Part shown: positions 13,197 to 26,026 of the stretch, one piece after another
Layout of the letters: each line of letters begins with the position of its first letter
Numbering within the stretch: the first letter of the stretch is position 1
NCBI GenBank assembly: GCA_030141605.1
Contig: JAQGDQ010002371.1
Coordinates: 682,001 to 746,000, forward strand
From: Tubiluchus corallicola
Lineage: Eukaryota > Animalia > Priapulida
Direction of reading: 5' to 3'
Length of the DNA stretch: 64,000 bases
Notes under the pieces: generated by a model
What the model saw: only the letters and a program-made list of their open reading frames with translations
Database searches by the model: none
Told to the model about the DNA's origin: nothing
Made by a program: the position numbers and the translations under genes

Positions 13197-13613
13197 ACTA
13201 CATAGAAATGTTGGACAGCGTGTAACAGTTACTGATGGTTACTAGTACGTGGCATACAATTTAATTTAACCGTTCCATACTACAATTGTGATTTTTTGTT
13301 TCTGTAATAAACTGAATTGCCACTTCTTTAACTATAAGTGTAACAGTGCTATGTCACTGACATATAAAAAAATAACATGACATTCAGATATTCACATGCC
13401 AAACTAGTATAGCAAAGTGACAGCGATCAATTTACAGTCACTGGTCGCTACCACATAGAAATGTTGCACAGCGTCTAACAGTTGCTGATTTTTGCTAGTA
13501 CATTGCGTGCTACTTAACTTAACCGTTCCACATTATAATTACATGATTTTTGCCCGTTTAACTGTAAGTGTATCACATATCAAAAATGTCATTCTGATAT
13601 TCATATGCCAAAG
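13197..13613 (+). repeat. Diverged tandem duplication (~250-bp period) just after the CBF-beta stop codon
   Basis: ACATAGAAATGTTG.ACAGCGT.TAACAGTT.CTGAT...TTAACCGTTCCA...GATATTCA.ATGCCAAA occurs at ~13200-13403 and ~13453-13612. Confidence 0.8.
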
Positions 13614-16600
13614 TAAACTAAGCTAAAGACTAAGTATTTCTAGGCCTCTTTCTAACTTTGTGTTTACATGACAAATTGAGCATCACACGAAAAAGTGTAG
13701 TAGTATGCTGCAGCAAAGTTCAATAAGTGTAAAACACTAAGAAAGTACTGTTACTAGGCTCTACTGAAGTCGCAATTTTACAGTATACGCATATACTTTA
13801 GCAGCATAAGTTAAAAGCATTTGTTGTAATCAGCTATACAGAACTTTTATTTAATTAAGCAGGATAAATCCAGAATGAATGTCTTTTGTCTTGCCATTGC
13901 GCCAAAGTGAGATATACATGTATTTGTAATATGTAAATGTGCTAAAAAGCAGTTATTAATTTATTCCCGCGCCAAAATTCGAGCGATTTTACAAACTTTT
14001 TGAAATTGTTTTGCCAAAAACTGATAGTTGTGAGAATTTATTTCTGTGTGAAACTTCTCAACCACGAAACAGAAAACAGGAACGCTGTCAAATTATAATT
14101 TATATGAAGTCTGTAATTCCCATAACAATTGTGTTTTGATAGTGACCATTTACTTTCATACAAGAAAATAATGGAATATTCTTCTTAACTCTTGGTCTGT
14201 GGACCTGTAGCAGCCCGAAAAAATATAGTGGTCTACTTAAACAATTTACCAAAAATTTCATCTGTATGCAAAAATCTAGCAATCGCACATTATTATGATT
14301 TCTATGCGGTATTTCTCAGTATTTCAAACACTGTAAATCGGTTTTTAATTACTGGTATTCAACCGAAATTTACATCACGTTTTCATCACCGCATTTACTT
14401 ACAAGTTGTAAGTAACCTCGAGGTCTCACACGACTTTTCTGCTAGAACATGTAACGTTTACCATGTGATTATAGTTATTATTTATTATTTAAATTTCTAT
14501 TTGAATGAATGATGATAAATTGTATTATGTTCTTCAGCATGTATGATTATGAACTTTCAAACTTTAAGCTGACAACTAAAGTAAGTGAAAAGAGTGCGTC
14601 ACAAATTCACAGTTTTAAATAATTATTTCTGTGTGGGCGTCTGTCAAACCCGTGGATGTAGTATTTGGATTATCTTGCAACTTAGCATCTTCTCACTTTG
14701 CAGTGAAAAACCTAAAGTCTCCATAGATAGTAATGGGGGGCTTTCTGAAATTAAATCAAAAGATATTTCATAATAACTACGCGCTTATTATTATAGTATA
14801 TTACAGTGTTATGCAGAGATGCACACCGAACTAAATATTAAGTTGTAGTATTTCTCCTGTTCGCTACATAGGTTTTTCACTTGTTCTCACAATCACTTAA
14901 CATGTTGCACTGTAAATTTGCCTTTTATTTGCACAAATAATTGTGTTGTTCTTAAGAGCACAAAAATGCGTAAAAAATTTGTGGTTTATTTAATATATAG
15001 ATAAAAAATTTATATATTAATTTGCTGCAAATATCAAAAGTGTATAGAATTTTTACTTATGAGAAATTCCCGGTACAAAATGCAGGCATTAGCTATATAC
15101 AACTTCAATGTTCCATGACATTTTTTGTACGTGTATCTATATCTATTTATATCATAACGTATTATGTAGGTAATTGTTATATTCGTTGCTATAATGTTAT
15201 TGATTTGTTTAATTTGTTTAGTTGTCTTGACGTAAGATCATAATGTTGCTTTTAGTACTATACAGTTGTACCTCAGTTTTACGTAGATTTGTATCGTGAA
15301 TTCGTTTAGCTAACTTTTCGCTACATGAGTTTCAAGCTGGCATAACGTGAATGTATTCGAATACGCCGTTTTCTGCATGGTGAGCCAGTCGATGTTGGTA
15401 ATGATATTTCAGTAAACTTCTACATAAAACGTTCAGAGAATGGATCGTAACAATTCAGTTTCAAGAAATCATAGTGACGAAAGTCATTAAACTTGCTAAG
15501 GGAAAGTCCGAAACTATCTGTATAAGTATAAAGGATTCAGAAATAGACGTAACTTTGTAAATTAATTTTCAGAAGAAAAATGTGAAACGGTCCCTATTTT
15601 GGTTAGTGCAAGCCTAAAATCGCCAGCTATTCTCCAGAACTTTTGGTAACAATTCTGTAACGGGTGAACAAAATTTTTATTAAAATTTGTGCACTGAAGG
15701 AACTCACTTTTTCACCCATTTGAGCGTGAAGTTCATTTCCCCACAGCAAATGCCAAACAGTACATTCTTCACATTGTTCTTATTCGCCCGTCTTGTTTAT
15801 CTTCATTGACAAAGACTTTCATGCCAAATTAATTTAGCATTTTCACACACACACACACACAGTTCCTTGCAGGCCTGGGTGCAGAAAACGAGTCAATTTT
15901 CCGGATTGTTAGAGTTCTTCAGTCACAGCAGCACAGAGCAGTAAAGTACTCCTATACGGATATTTTATAAACCTTCTATTTTTTCGATTATCGCGACATT
16001 CAGAAATCCATTAGGTCGGTAACTAAAACCACATCAGCTCACCAAACATTACGATAACGGATCGTTTTTGGTTTCGTTTTTGCTAAAAACAAGTAGTGCC
16101 TTTTTGCGCGTTTACGAAAGACGATTGACAGTGCTTATGCACACAATTACATTTGCATCATGGGCGTACTGCAGTAGGCATTTATCAAATATCTTGTAAG
16201 ATAGCCTATGCCTAAAATTTCACACTTTGTACTAAGTCAATCATTTTGCAAACTATTTCACCTCTTATTTTGTATTAAATTAAGTGTTTATGCATCTAAG
16301 TCATATGCAGAATAGCATACCAATGTTTGCGTCAGTTACATGCATAAAATGTATATTTGCTGAACCTTAACTAGGTTCAGTAGTGCAAAATGCTCGTTTG
16401 TGCTTAAATGAAGGTGATTATTATTATAATTAAATTTACAATACTATTATTTTTATAAAGAGAAAGTAATGTGTGCACTTTTATTTTATCATAGCTTTTA
16501 TGTGTATCTTTTTTGCTAGTTTAGAGCTTCATGCGAAACTTTAACAACTGGAACGTCATTTGACATTCTCAGAACACGACCAATCCACTTTGACTAGCAT

Positions 16601-18589
16601 CTCCCAAGGACAACATTGTTTTCCACTTTTGATGTTATTATGCAGGTCATTTAAAATTTTGTTTGACCATATTTTCATAATTTATAAGCGCCCTGGAAAG
16701 CATCAACTACTTTTTTGAGCAACTTTTACAGTCCACATTTGTGAATTGACAGAAAAGTACGCAGTTTAATTAAATGTAGATTGATTTTTTTTATCGGATT
16801 TTTATTTTCAAACGACGATTTTGAAATAGGTTAACAATTCTCGAGTGTGCAGACAAAAGAGTTTATCAGATTTTAATTTTTAGGCACTCATATTGTGCAT
16901 CCAAAATATTTCATTTTTATAAGCGATACCCCTTCGCGTTGATCTCATTATTCTTCTGTTTCTTCTTCAACTGACCTCCTGTTTTTCATTTGATTTGTTC
17001 AAGTTTTTTTTTATTTTTCTAAAATCCGCTCATCTTCGTTGGCATTCTGCGGCCAGAATGTCTGACAGTTATCTAAAAACCGTGTATTTATGTTCTTTAG
17101 TTAGAAAAGAAAACAGAACGATTTCTCAAATCCCAACCCATTTTGAAATATACACTAAAATTCTAAAATATACACTTTGTTAATAGTAGTAATTACTAAA
17201 ATGTTCCCAATAATTAGTGCTAGCTTAGTAACCTAAAGAGAGGGAGAATTTTAAAGTACATCCCAAAGAACTTTCCATACAAAGTTACAATACGCCCACC
17301 TACTAGAAAGACTTACGTAATTGAAAAAGAAAATTCTGAATAGTTTATATTGTCATCGCAACACCTCGTAAAACGGCATTGCATTGCCATCCAAATGTGC
17401 ACCACTGATTCACCAAAAAACACACTATTGATCTTATTGACATCGTAAAGTGATTTACACCGTTGCTTAGTTAGCGAAGTTTGCGCTACGAATGCTGTGA
17501 TTATTTTTCTCAACCTTTACACAGTGTTATACAAACTTGTTTCAATTGACAAAGTTAAATTGGCTGTGTTAGTGGTAATCGCGGGAGTTTTAAATTTACT
17601 AGTTTTATGCAGCGTTAATGCAAACGCACGCCCTGTATGTAATAAGACAGCGTATAAGTGATATAAAGTTTTAAGACAATTTCTTAAGCTTTGTTTATGA
17701 CAAGCGTTTTTTGTTTCAATTAACGGCCGGTGAGCGCAGTCATCACATTTCTCAGAAAGATCACTTATCAGTTATCACAATCAACATATAACAAAAGCAG
17801 GACAAATCCTTGTTTTGAATTGTTTTTGCATCTCGAAGCAAATACCAGAAAAATAAAAATGGAAGCACTTTATCATTTCCAAGAAATCGACTAAAGCAAA
17901 TCTTTTCACTGTTTTAAATCTTGGAGGTTTGATGCAAATGTTATCCCATTTGTTTGCACCAATGAAAAAATATCACGTAATTCTACCCAAGCTAAAGCAG
18001 CTGTTAATGTTGAGGTTGGCACAGGGCTCGGCTATGAAATCAGGAGGTAAACACGGTTGGAATGTCCCTAAGCCGTCAATGCGTGGGAGGCCTAAACTTG
18101 AGCCGTTCAGAAACCAGACCTTTTTGTGAACATTTTTCCCGAGTCGAAGACAAAGAAATTCCTTGCACATGAACTTCCTCTAGTTAAGTGACATTTTCGG
18201 CAATTACACCATTGTGAGTTTTTTCTTCCCGCGGGGCACAGCGCGCATGCAAGGCACACTTTTCATCTAAACTTGACAAGATACTGCTCGTGTGTGGGCC
18301 TCCATCCGTGCTATTATCATTGCATATAAGAGCATTAACAGCCAATAACATATTATTCACGAATAAGGGTTGCTGCTGCTGCCACCGCTGCTGTTGTTGT
18401 TGTTTTTGCTGTTCAGATACTTGTTAATTTGTTTTCAAAAATATAATTTCAATGTGCTTTCAGAAACAAAGGACTATGTCGGACAGCAATTTAGAAAAAA
18501 ATCATTAGAAGTAATTCCACAAAATGGTCAATCGGGCGACGGTCAAACTTCTACAATAAACTTATACACACACATATATATAAACATGT

Positions 18590-19420
18590 TCATGAACCAA
18601 TAACCTGACAGGTCATCAAAGAAAACATTAAAAAGTAAAACTGATGGCGTGCATCTTGCCGAATACCAGAGAATATTTGAAAATTATCAAAGAATATTGT
18701 CCATTGAAGTGAAATACATAGCAAATGTGAAATATGCATAACGGCTTCGTAGTATATATAATTTGATTGATACCTAGTTTTACCAATACATTTGCAAGGT
18801 GCTTCTAAGCACTTTATCGAAAGCCTTTTCAAGGTCTATGATGGCAAAAAGTTTAATTTCAAGTTTCTGTGCAATTAAAATAATGAATCTGATCAACATA
18901 TGATTCTTTGCATTGATTTGTACGATTTGCAACTGGGGAAGTTGGGCTGACTTAAGTTCGCGTTGCAAATTACTAAAATCTTTGATAAGTTCTCTGCCTC
19001 TAAATGACATTGCCGATTTAACGTATCGCGACATATTTAAGGAAAACATTTAACTGCCTACCGACATATTCAGCAGCAGGTCGATCATTAGCGACTTGTT
19101 GGTTATTGATTTTACTAGTTTTTGCAGTCTCTCGCAAAATGTGTTCAATATCGCAAATTAGAGCCTCAACTTCATTCTCACTACGTACATTCCATAACTG
19201 CACTACATCAACTTCTACGTAAGAAATGAGTTCATCTTCGTACAATTTAAAATTACATCGTTTAGGCTTCTCGCACCTCGCAACTCTGTACCGTCGCTAT
19301 CGCAGTTTTCCGAGTAGTAAGTCCATCTTAAATTAGATAATTCGCGTGCAAACTGCCTCACAATCAAGTTATCAGCATCAATGTTACATATCATCATATT
19401 ACCAGGTTGCACAAACATTT
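18590..19420 (-). pseudogene. Decayed non-LTR retrotransposon reverse transcriptase fragment
   Basis: Chain of overlapping short minus-strand ORFs in different frames, one containing IDLEKAFDKV, the LINE RT D-x-x-KAFD motif. Confidence 0.55.
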
Positions 19421-20043
19421 CGCACCGCGCATAATTACGTATGAACTAAAATCAAAATAAAATCATGGGTAGTATGAAAGCTCTAGTGGTCGTGCACTGG
19501 TTGAAACATTGGGTTTGCTTGGCTAATTATTCATAAAAATTGTACAGACGGTGTTGCAAAATACTACGAGTTAATAGCAACAAGTTCACAACTTTAAAAA
19601 ATAAGTAGGAATCAAATTTGTTGCAATACTAGCTGTGCAATTAAAGCAACCGTTCTCTGTTTAAAGAATTTTTTAAATCAACAATCTTTAAAAATCTCAG
19701 TGCACTGTCTGTCTAACGAGACTCCATCAAAGTACCACTAAACGCTGCAGTTTATAGCTTCAATCGCTAGTCTTTTAATCATGACTCTATGTTTAAATTA
19801 TTTCTATATAGTAGAGCCTTGCCGGCATTGGTACTCTAGGATCTAAATTTTGCCAAACATGCAAGTTTGCTTTCCTGCATACTCGCGCCACCTAGATAAA
19901 GTCTTAACAGTCAGTTAGCGGAGTAGAGCAACTGGGTAGAATTCATAAAATATTATGCAGTATATGTGGGTGCCATAATAGCCACCTGTCAATAATAATA
20001 AACTTCTGTTTAAAAAGAAACGAAACAGTCGTCGATCAGCGGT

Positions 20044-23000
20044 ATGAAAGCCACTTTACTGGTAATCATTTTTGCGTTAGTGAGCGATATTTTCGCGTAT
20101 CCAAGCGGAGCACCTGTAGAACAATGCGAGCAAATGACCCCAGATGCTACTTTACATGGAGCGCAGCCAAGTGACGATCCGACTCCATACACAATTGAGA
20201 CATCCGTATCGACATATAAACCGGGCGACCAGGTAACAGGTAAGTTTTATATATGTATGTGAGTCCAGCGCCTGATAAACTGAGGCAGTCTATGAGCATT
20301 GACTTAACCATTTTAGCAGCAAAGTAATAATTATTATAATTGTGATCCTAACGTAAAAAAATCGCTATTGCAAATAATATCGTCCACATATGTTCTCAAT
20401 CGCTGCCTCCGCAATACACTTTCGACGCTAGAAACTACGAACTGAATTATTCTACTCCCTTTTTGTGTGGTTGCCATACGCGATGAAGTGCAATAGCGTC
20501 AATATTATTAAGTTAGGTAGAGATCTCATAGTTTCGCAAAGTTAATAGGTATCATCGAATAAAAAATTACTTATGTGGTAGAACCGGTGCTATAAGCAAT
20601 ATTTTTGCTAGTTCATACTTTTTAACTTCCAAGGTTCTTGAATTTCCCCTTGGACAGCAAAAACATTCGTCACAATTTTCTAGAATTTCGCAAAATTCCA
20701 AATCACATACTGTTTGTAATTTTGTAAATACGCTGCAGTATGTTCAGTTGCTGTATTTCCCATGAAATTTCCCATGTGAACTCGATATCACGGAAATGAT
20801 TTGACGTGAAAGGAGAACGTCAGCACCCAACAGACATTATGATCAGCTAAGATAATCAGTACAGTATAATTCCATCCAATGTGGAAAATCATTGGTCTAG
20901 GCTTTAGAGTTAGTCAATGTTAGTCTGATTGCTACTGAAAGCGAGCCTTTCAAAAAAACTTATATTGAGCTATACTGCAAACAAGATATAAAGTGTCTAG
21001 CAGTTAAACTCACAGCATTAATATACGATATGAACTACTAAACTAAAATACAAAAATTGGTACAGATATAGCCATGCATCACAGATGTCAGCCATGTAAC
21101 TAGTGCTACATCTTGTAAAGTACTTAATGTTAATCATTTGCTGCATGGGTAATGTGAACAGCTGTTGAAACTACATAATTAACGATGGAATCGTTTAATT
21201 AACAAATATACTAAAATATTGGAAGGAGTTTACCACCCCCTTGCAGTTTAAATACATTAAACCTATCCTAATCCGCTTCACGAACTAATTTCTTGTGTGG
21301 AGAATTGTAAATTTTAGCGGAAATATTTATTGATTTTCACTAACAAATGCTTAAAAAATGTTAGCATAAATTGCACAAATAACAATTGTAATTTATTGTT
21401 GGTCAGATTTTGCGTTTTACCATGTTTTAAAGGAAAACATTTACAATACAGGAGTACAAGACTGCCAGCGCAACTATATAAAAAATAATTATAACAGAAT
21501 TTGAACTGGGAAGCAGGACTGATACGTGTCTGTAGGCTAATGAATAGGGCAGCAGAATTTTACACTAGAGAAAAATAGTGCAGTCGACTGAAGGGAAACA
21601 GAAAACATATAGCTCATATACTGAAAAAGTCATCATCTCAAAGCTCCTCTTGTCCTTTAATTCTTATGTAGGAAAGAATTAAAAAAATATTAGACTCAAA
21701 GTGCGTAATGTAGGTGGCAACAGCAATAATAGTACGGAATTAATTAGTATAATAGGTTGAAAATATAAAATAATATTACGTAAAATATAAAAACCAAGAT
21801 ATCATTGATATGACAGGCGATACGACATTGTAATTTCATTAAAATGGCATGTAGGCTACTCTACATTTGTACTGCATATTACCTGTAATAGGCCAAGGAA
21901 CAGGGTGGACCCCACCACTTCATGTTGAAGTGGTCATTTATCAAATAAGAACTAACTCAACCAATCAACCCAGGACAAATAAACAGCATTCACCGAGACC
22001 TACGCAAACATCATGCCACATACAAGATTAGTGTGTTTAATTGGGACAGTACACATAAACACATGGTTAAACAGTTAAATGTCGTCTCTACGCTAGACAA
22101 AAATTAACATGTCTGTTAATGTTAACCTTAAATTGGACACGAAAATTTGGTACGTATTAAGCTAAAATGAATAAAAATATTATATACGGAAGTGCCTGAA
22201 ATGCACGACAAACCTATAGGTCAACAACTTAAGGAAAGAGAAGTTTTATATACATGTAGTTAAAAAATCTACAAATTATATTTGATAGAGGTGGCTCATT
22301 TTCATTGAAGCAGTTATATAAAAACTTTTCTTGCAACAGTTCCAAAAAATGGTTGGCATGAATAACTGTTGGTCACGATGTTAACAAACATGTATGAAAG
22401 AGAGAAAGAGAGAGTAAGCACTAGCACGTTTATTGTATTTCCCCATTCAAGCCAACTAGCACTCCTAGGAAGGGTACTGGCTACACAACAAAGAAATGTT
22501 CATCTAAAAAAAGTAACAGAGAAGACATGATTCCAAAAGAACATATCCCTCATATAAATGCATTTTATTTGTAGCTTTGATTATGACAACTCAAAGCACA
22601 GAATACTAAATTAACTTCAAAAAATATTTTCAGTAACATGCCAGAAATGTCAATCAAAAATTAATATTACGAGCGTTAGTTCCACTACTATCTATATTGA
22701 TTTTATAAGGAAAACGATTTTTTATTCTTTGAACTCTTAAGTTTTAGCATCTCTTTTGCAGTTACGATCAAAGGAACTTTCAAAGGATTTATGCTGCAAG
22801 CAAGAGATACTGCAGAAACTCGGGTAGGCGAGTTCAGTGACTTTCCCACCGAGACACAGAAGAGAGACTGTGACAATGGTGGACATTACATTACACATAA
22901 AGACAACAATGACAAAACAGATCTGGAGTTTGTATGGACTGCTCCAAACAATGGTCCTGAAAAAATCACATTTGTGTAAGTAAAAAACTATGATTTTTAG

Positions 23001-25331
23001 CACCGCATACTTATAGCTGATCTTAGCACAATAACATATTTACAATAGACTAAACGAATCAAAGCATCAAAAACACATGGTACTGATCACTGCAACAAAC
23101 AGAAGAAATTGCAAGAGAATGCTGTATTTATGGAAAATTAGTCTAGAATTTTTTCCCTGGTAAACTAAAAACCGAGTAGTGTATATTCAGTGTAGTGAAA
23201 ACTAGCACAAGAAATTAATAGCCCTTTCACAAGTACTATTACCAAGCCTGCAATATACTTTTGTAGGCACTGACGAAAAGGCTCTGCAAGATTAAGCCAC
23301 TGTGTTCACAGTTCAGTGATGGTGAAGTGCAGCACCACTTACAGAGAGACATATTTGTGTTATTACATTCACAAATAAAGAACTTCAGAACCTGCATATT
23401 ACTGTCTACGATCCTGTAGTATGCTAATTATGAACATCAGCGTTCATTATTATGTAATTTTGCAAAGAAAAAGAAAATTTTGCAATGAATAGAATTTGCA
23501 ACAGGGCAAAATACTGTACTGTTGCAAAATATCTTGTTCTGAGCCACTACTATCATGCCACTACTTGTTTTGAGCTTATTTCTCCTTTCTGTACTGCATT
23601 TATTTTAATACTCTACACAACATACATAGCAATAGTAATACTTGTAGTACTGTATTCCACCCTTTCAAGCAATCTATAATAATTTATTAACAAATTTGTG
23701 TATCACCTTAAACAAAGTGTATCACATTTCAAACATACAATAACGTAATTACTTGTAATGCAGTGACATCTGAAGAGAAAGTTTGTAAAATATTGCAAGT
23801 TATGAATGAAGAGAGACAAGGGTAAAGGTTTAGTATTGTGAAGGAGGAGTGAAACGGTAGAGGGATAATGGTGGCTGATAAACATATTTCTGATTATAAT
23901 TCTACTTATTACAGTGCCACAGTAGTGCAAGAGAAAACCAAGTTTTGGGTAAAGGTACAATCAGATGAAGTGCTAAAAGACACCTCAGAAGACGTAGTCA
24001 TCAGTTTTGAAACCTGCGGTAAAACAAGTGGCTGCTTTCGCTATGGGGAAAAAGATTGCACACCAAGCACATGTCAGAAAGCAACCGTATACACAGCTGA
24101 CACTGATGACGTTACAATACAAATGACAGGGAAAGCTGAGGGCTGGATAGGAATGGGGTTTTCTGAAGACAACACTATGGTGAGTAGTGCCTAAAAATTC
24201 GAATATTTTTCAACTGATACTTCTGATATTCCATTAGAAAAGTATCCAAATATTTTGGCTATCATGTGACAGCTGTCTTTTCCATGCCTATTACAGCATG
24301 CCCCAGTAGACAAGGAAACAGTCTACTTGTAGAATTTTCCGCTTTTTCCTATACATTTCCTTATGCTATGGTAAAATAGCATTTCTTGCATTGCATTGTT
24401 TTCAGGTCGATCAATGGGTGTATACTATTGAATATTTTGCAGCATTTGTTCGAGTTTCTATATGCGATATTACAATTTCACTCTAAACTTAAAACTGTGG
24501 TTATAGGGTGAAGACGATGTGTACGTATGTGTTCTTGAAAATGACGTGGTAAGGGTAGACCACTATTGGAATCCTGGTGGACATACCAGAAGTGAATTAC
24601 AGACAAATAACGAAGTCACCAATGTCAAAGCAAATTATGCGGATGGAAGAATCAACTGTCAGTTTACGAAAAGTCTTACTAGCACCATCAATGATATGAA
24701 TTATGATTTAAGTAAACCATGGTACCATCTTCATCCATGGGGAGATGAAATTGACTCAGGTAAGTACAAGAATGAAGAACTCAAAAAAGAATGAAAGTTA
24801 AACTTATCTAAGGTATAAACAGATTTTGATAAATTACTTTGCAGCAGCTTATAGTAACAGAAATTTTAATTGGCACTTAAATAGGCTACTAAACTACATA
24901 CTTGAAATTGAAGTTTCAACACTTTCTGTTTCTGCTCAATTAGGCAGTAATGTAGTAAATGAAAGCACAGTTCTCACAATCTTCTGACTGAGTTGGACTA
25001 GTTCCTCTAAAAAGGAAAGCAATCGTTTACCAATTTTTTTTAATACTAAAGTAGCCCAACATCTTTGCATTTGAAGCTGAGTAACAAACCGATGGATTTA
25101 TTAAAATTGTTTGTATATATAAAAACAACTGCTTTTTCAGATGGCAGAATACTCCGCCACAAGCCCGACCATCCTCCAACTTCCAGTGAGCAACGAACAA
25201 TATCGAACAAAGATAATGAAATTATAGATTCAGGAGCAAGAATCTATCATGGTTCTATTTGCACTGCATTATGCTTAACTATAGTCAGCATTGTCTTTCC
25301 TTCATTCTCATCATATCTTGATAATTTTTAA
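20044..25331 (+). CDS. Signal peptide + Reeler + DOMON domain protein with a hydrophobic C-terminus (FRRS1/defense-protein related), 5 exons
   Basis: Exons 20044-20239, 22762-22975, 23915-24179, 24507-24759, 25141-25331; intron phases 1, 2, 0, 1 are consistent. AYPSGAP..C..MTP..HG, FKGFMLQAR, ITH, WTAP and ATVVQ...FWV are Reeler motifs. CGKTSGCFRY..DC and GWIGMGFSEDNTMG.DDVYVC...DGRINCQF are FRRS1-type DOMON motifs. Ends ICTALCLTIVSIVFPSFSSYLDNF*. Confidence 0.9.
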
Positions 25332-26026
25332 GGACATTATGTCATGCAGAAGGTAACACTGCTGACAGCAGGTACATACTACTGAATAGTGGTGAGTGAT
25401 ATGCTGACATAATCTCAGTTAGAAGCAATTTAAACGAGTGTTACTTAAGCTAGCGTAGCTGCAATGATGGGAACATGAAACTTTTGTTATTTTGATTGTT
25501 ATGACAATTATGTTACGATAACCTCATTTTTAGTCTTAAAACATAGTTGAAAAGGTATGTAAAGTAGAATAAACAAGCAGACTAAAAGAGTCGTTAAATA
25601 AAATTAATGGATGATGAACTTACTGTTAATTTTTGTTCTAAATTTTTATTTGAAGATTGTTATAACACAGAATTTTAAATATTACCTGCTGTAAGTGACA
25701 CATTTTAGGTACGAATATAATTGGATTAAGTAAATGAAATACAAACACTTACTGAAAAGTTCTGACCTATCATTTTTCACTATCCCTTATTCATTGATGC
25801 GAATATTTATAGTTGCTCATAGTTCTTTGTCCATGGGTTTCTTTATTCATTCACAAAATGTATGGTAGCAAACAAATAAAACTTATTGCAAACGGTAATC
25901 TGATTAATGAATGCTGACGAAACATGTCAACACAATTGGCACAGCCAGAGAGTTCAGGCATTTGATATCATACTAAAAACAAACTTACAAAATTAATTAC
26001 TAAATGTCACTAAACAATCACATTTA

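Noticed and set aside
14000-17800. Numerous 60-110-aa ORFs in AT-rich intergenic DNA
   Set aside because: No motifs, no consistent exon chain, and composition typical of non-coding sequence.
18010-18070. Weak tRNA-like A/B boxes
   Set aside because: No cloverleaf and a mismatched B box; cannot support a tRNA or SINE call.
25900-25930. CTGATTA...GAAACATGTC hammerhead-like string
   Set aside because: No stem II and a non-consensus core; single copy.
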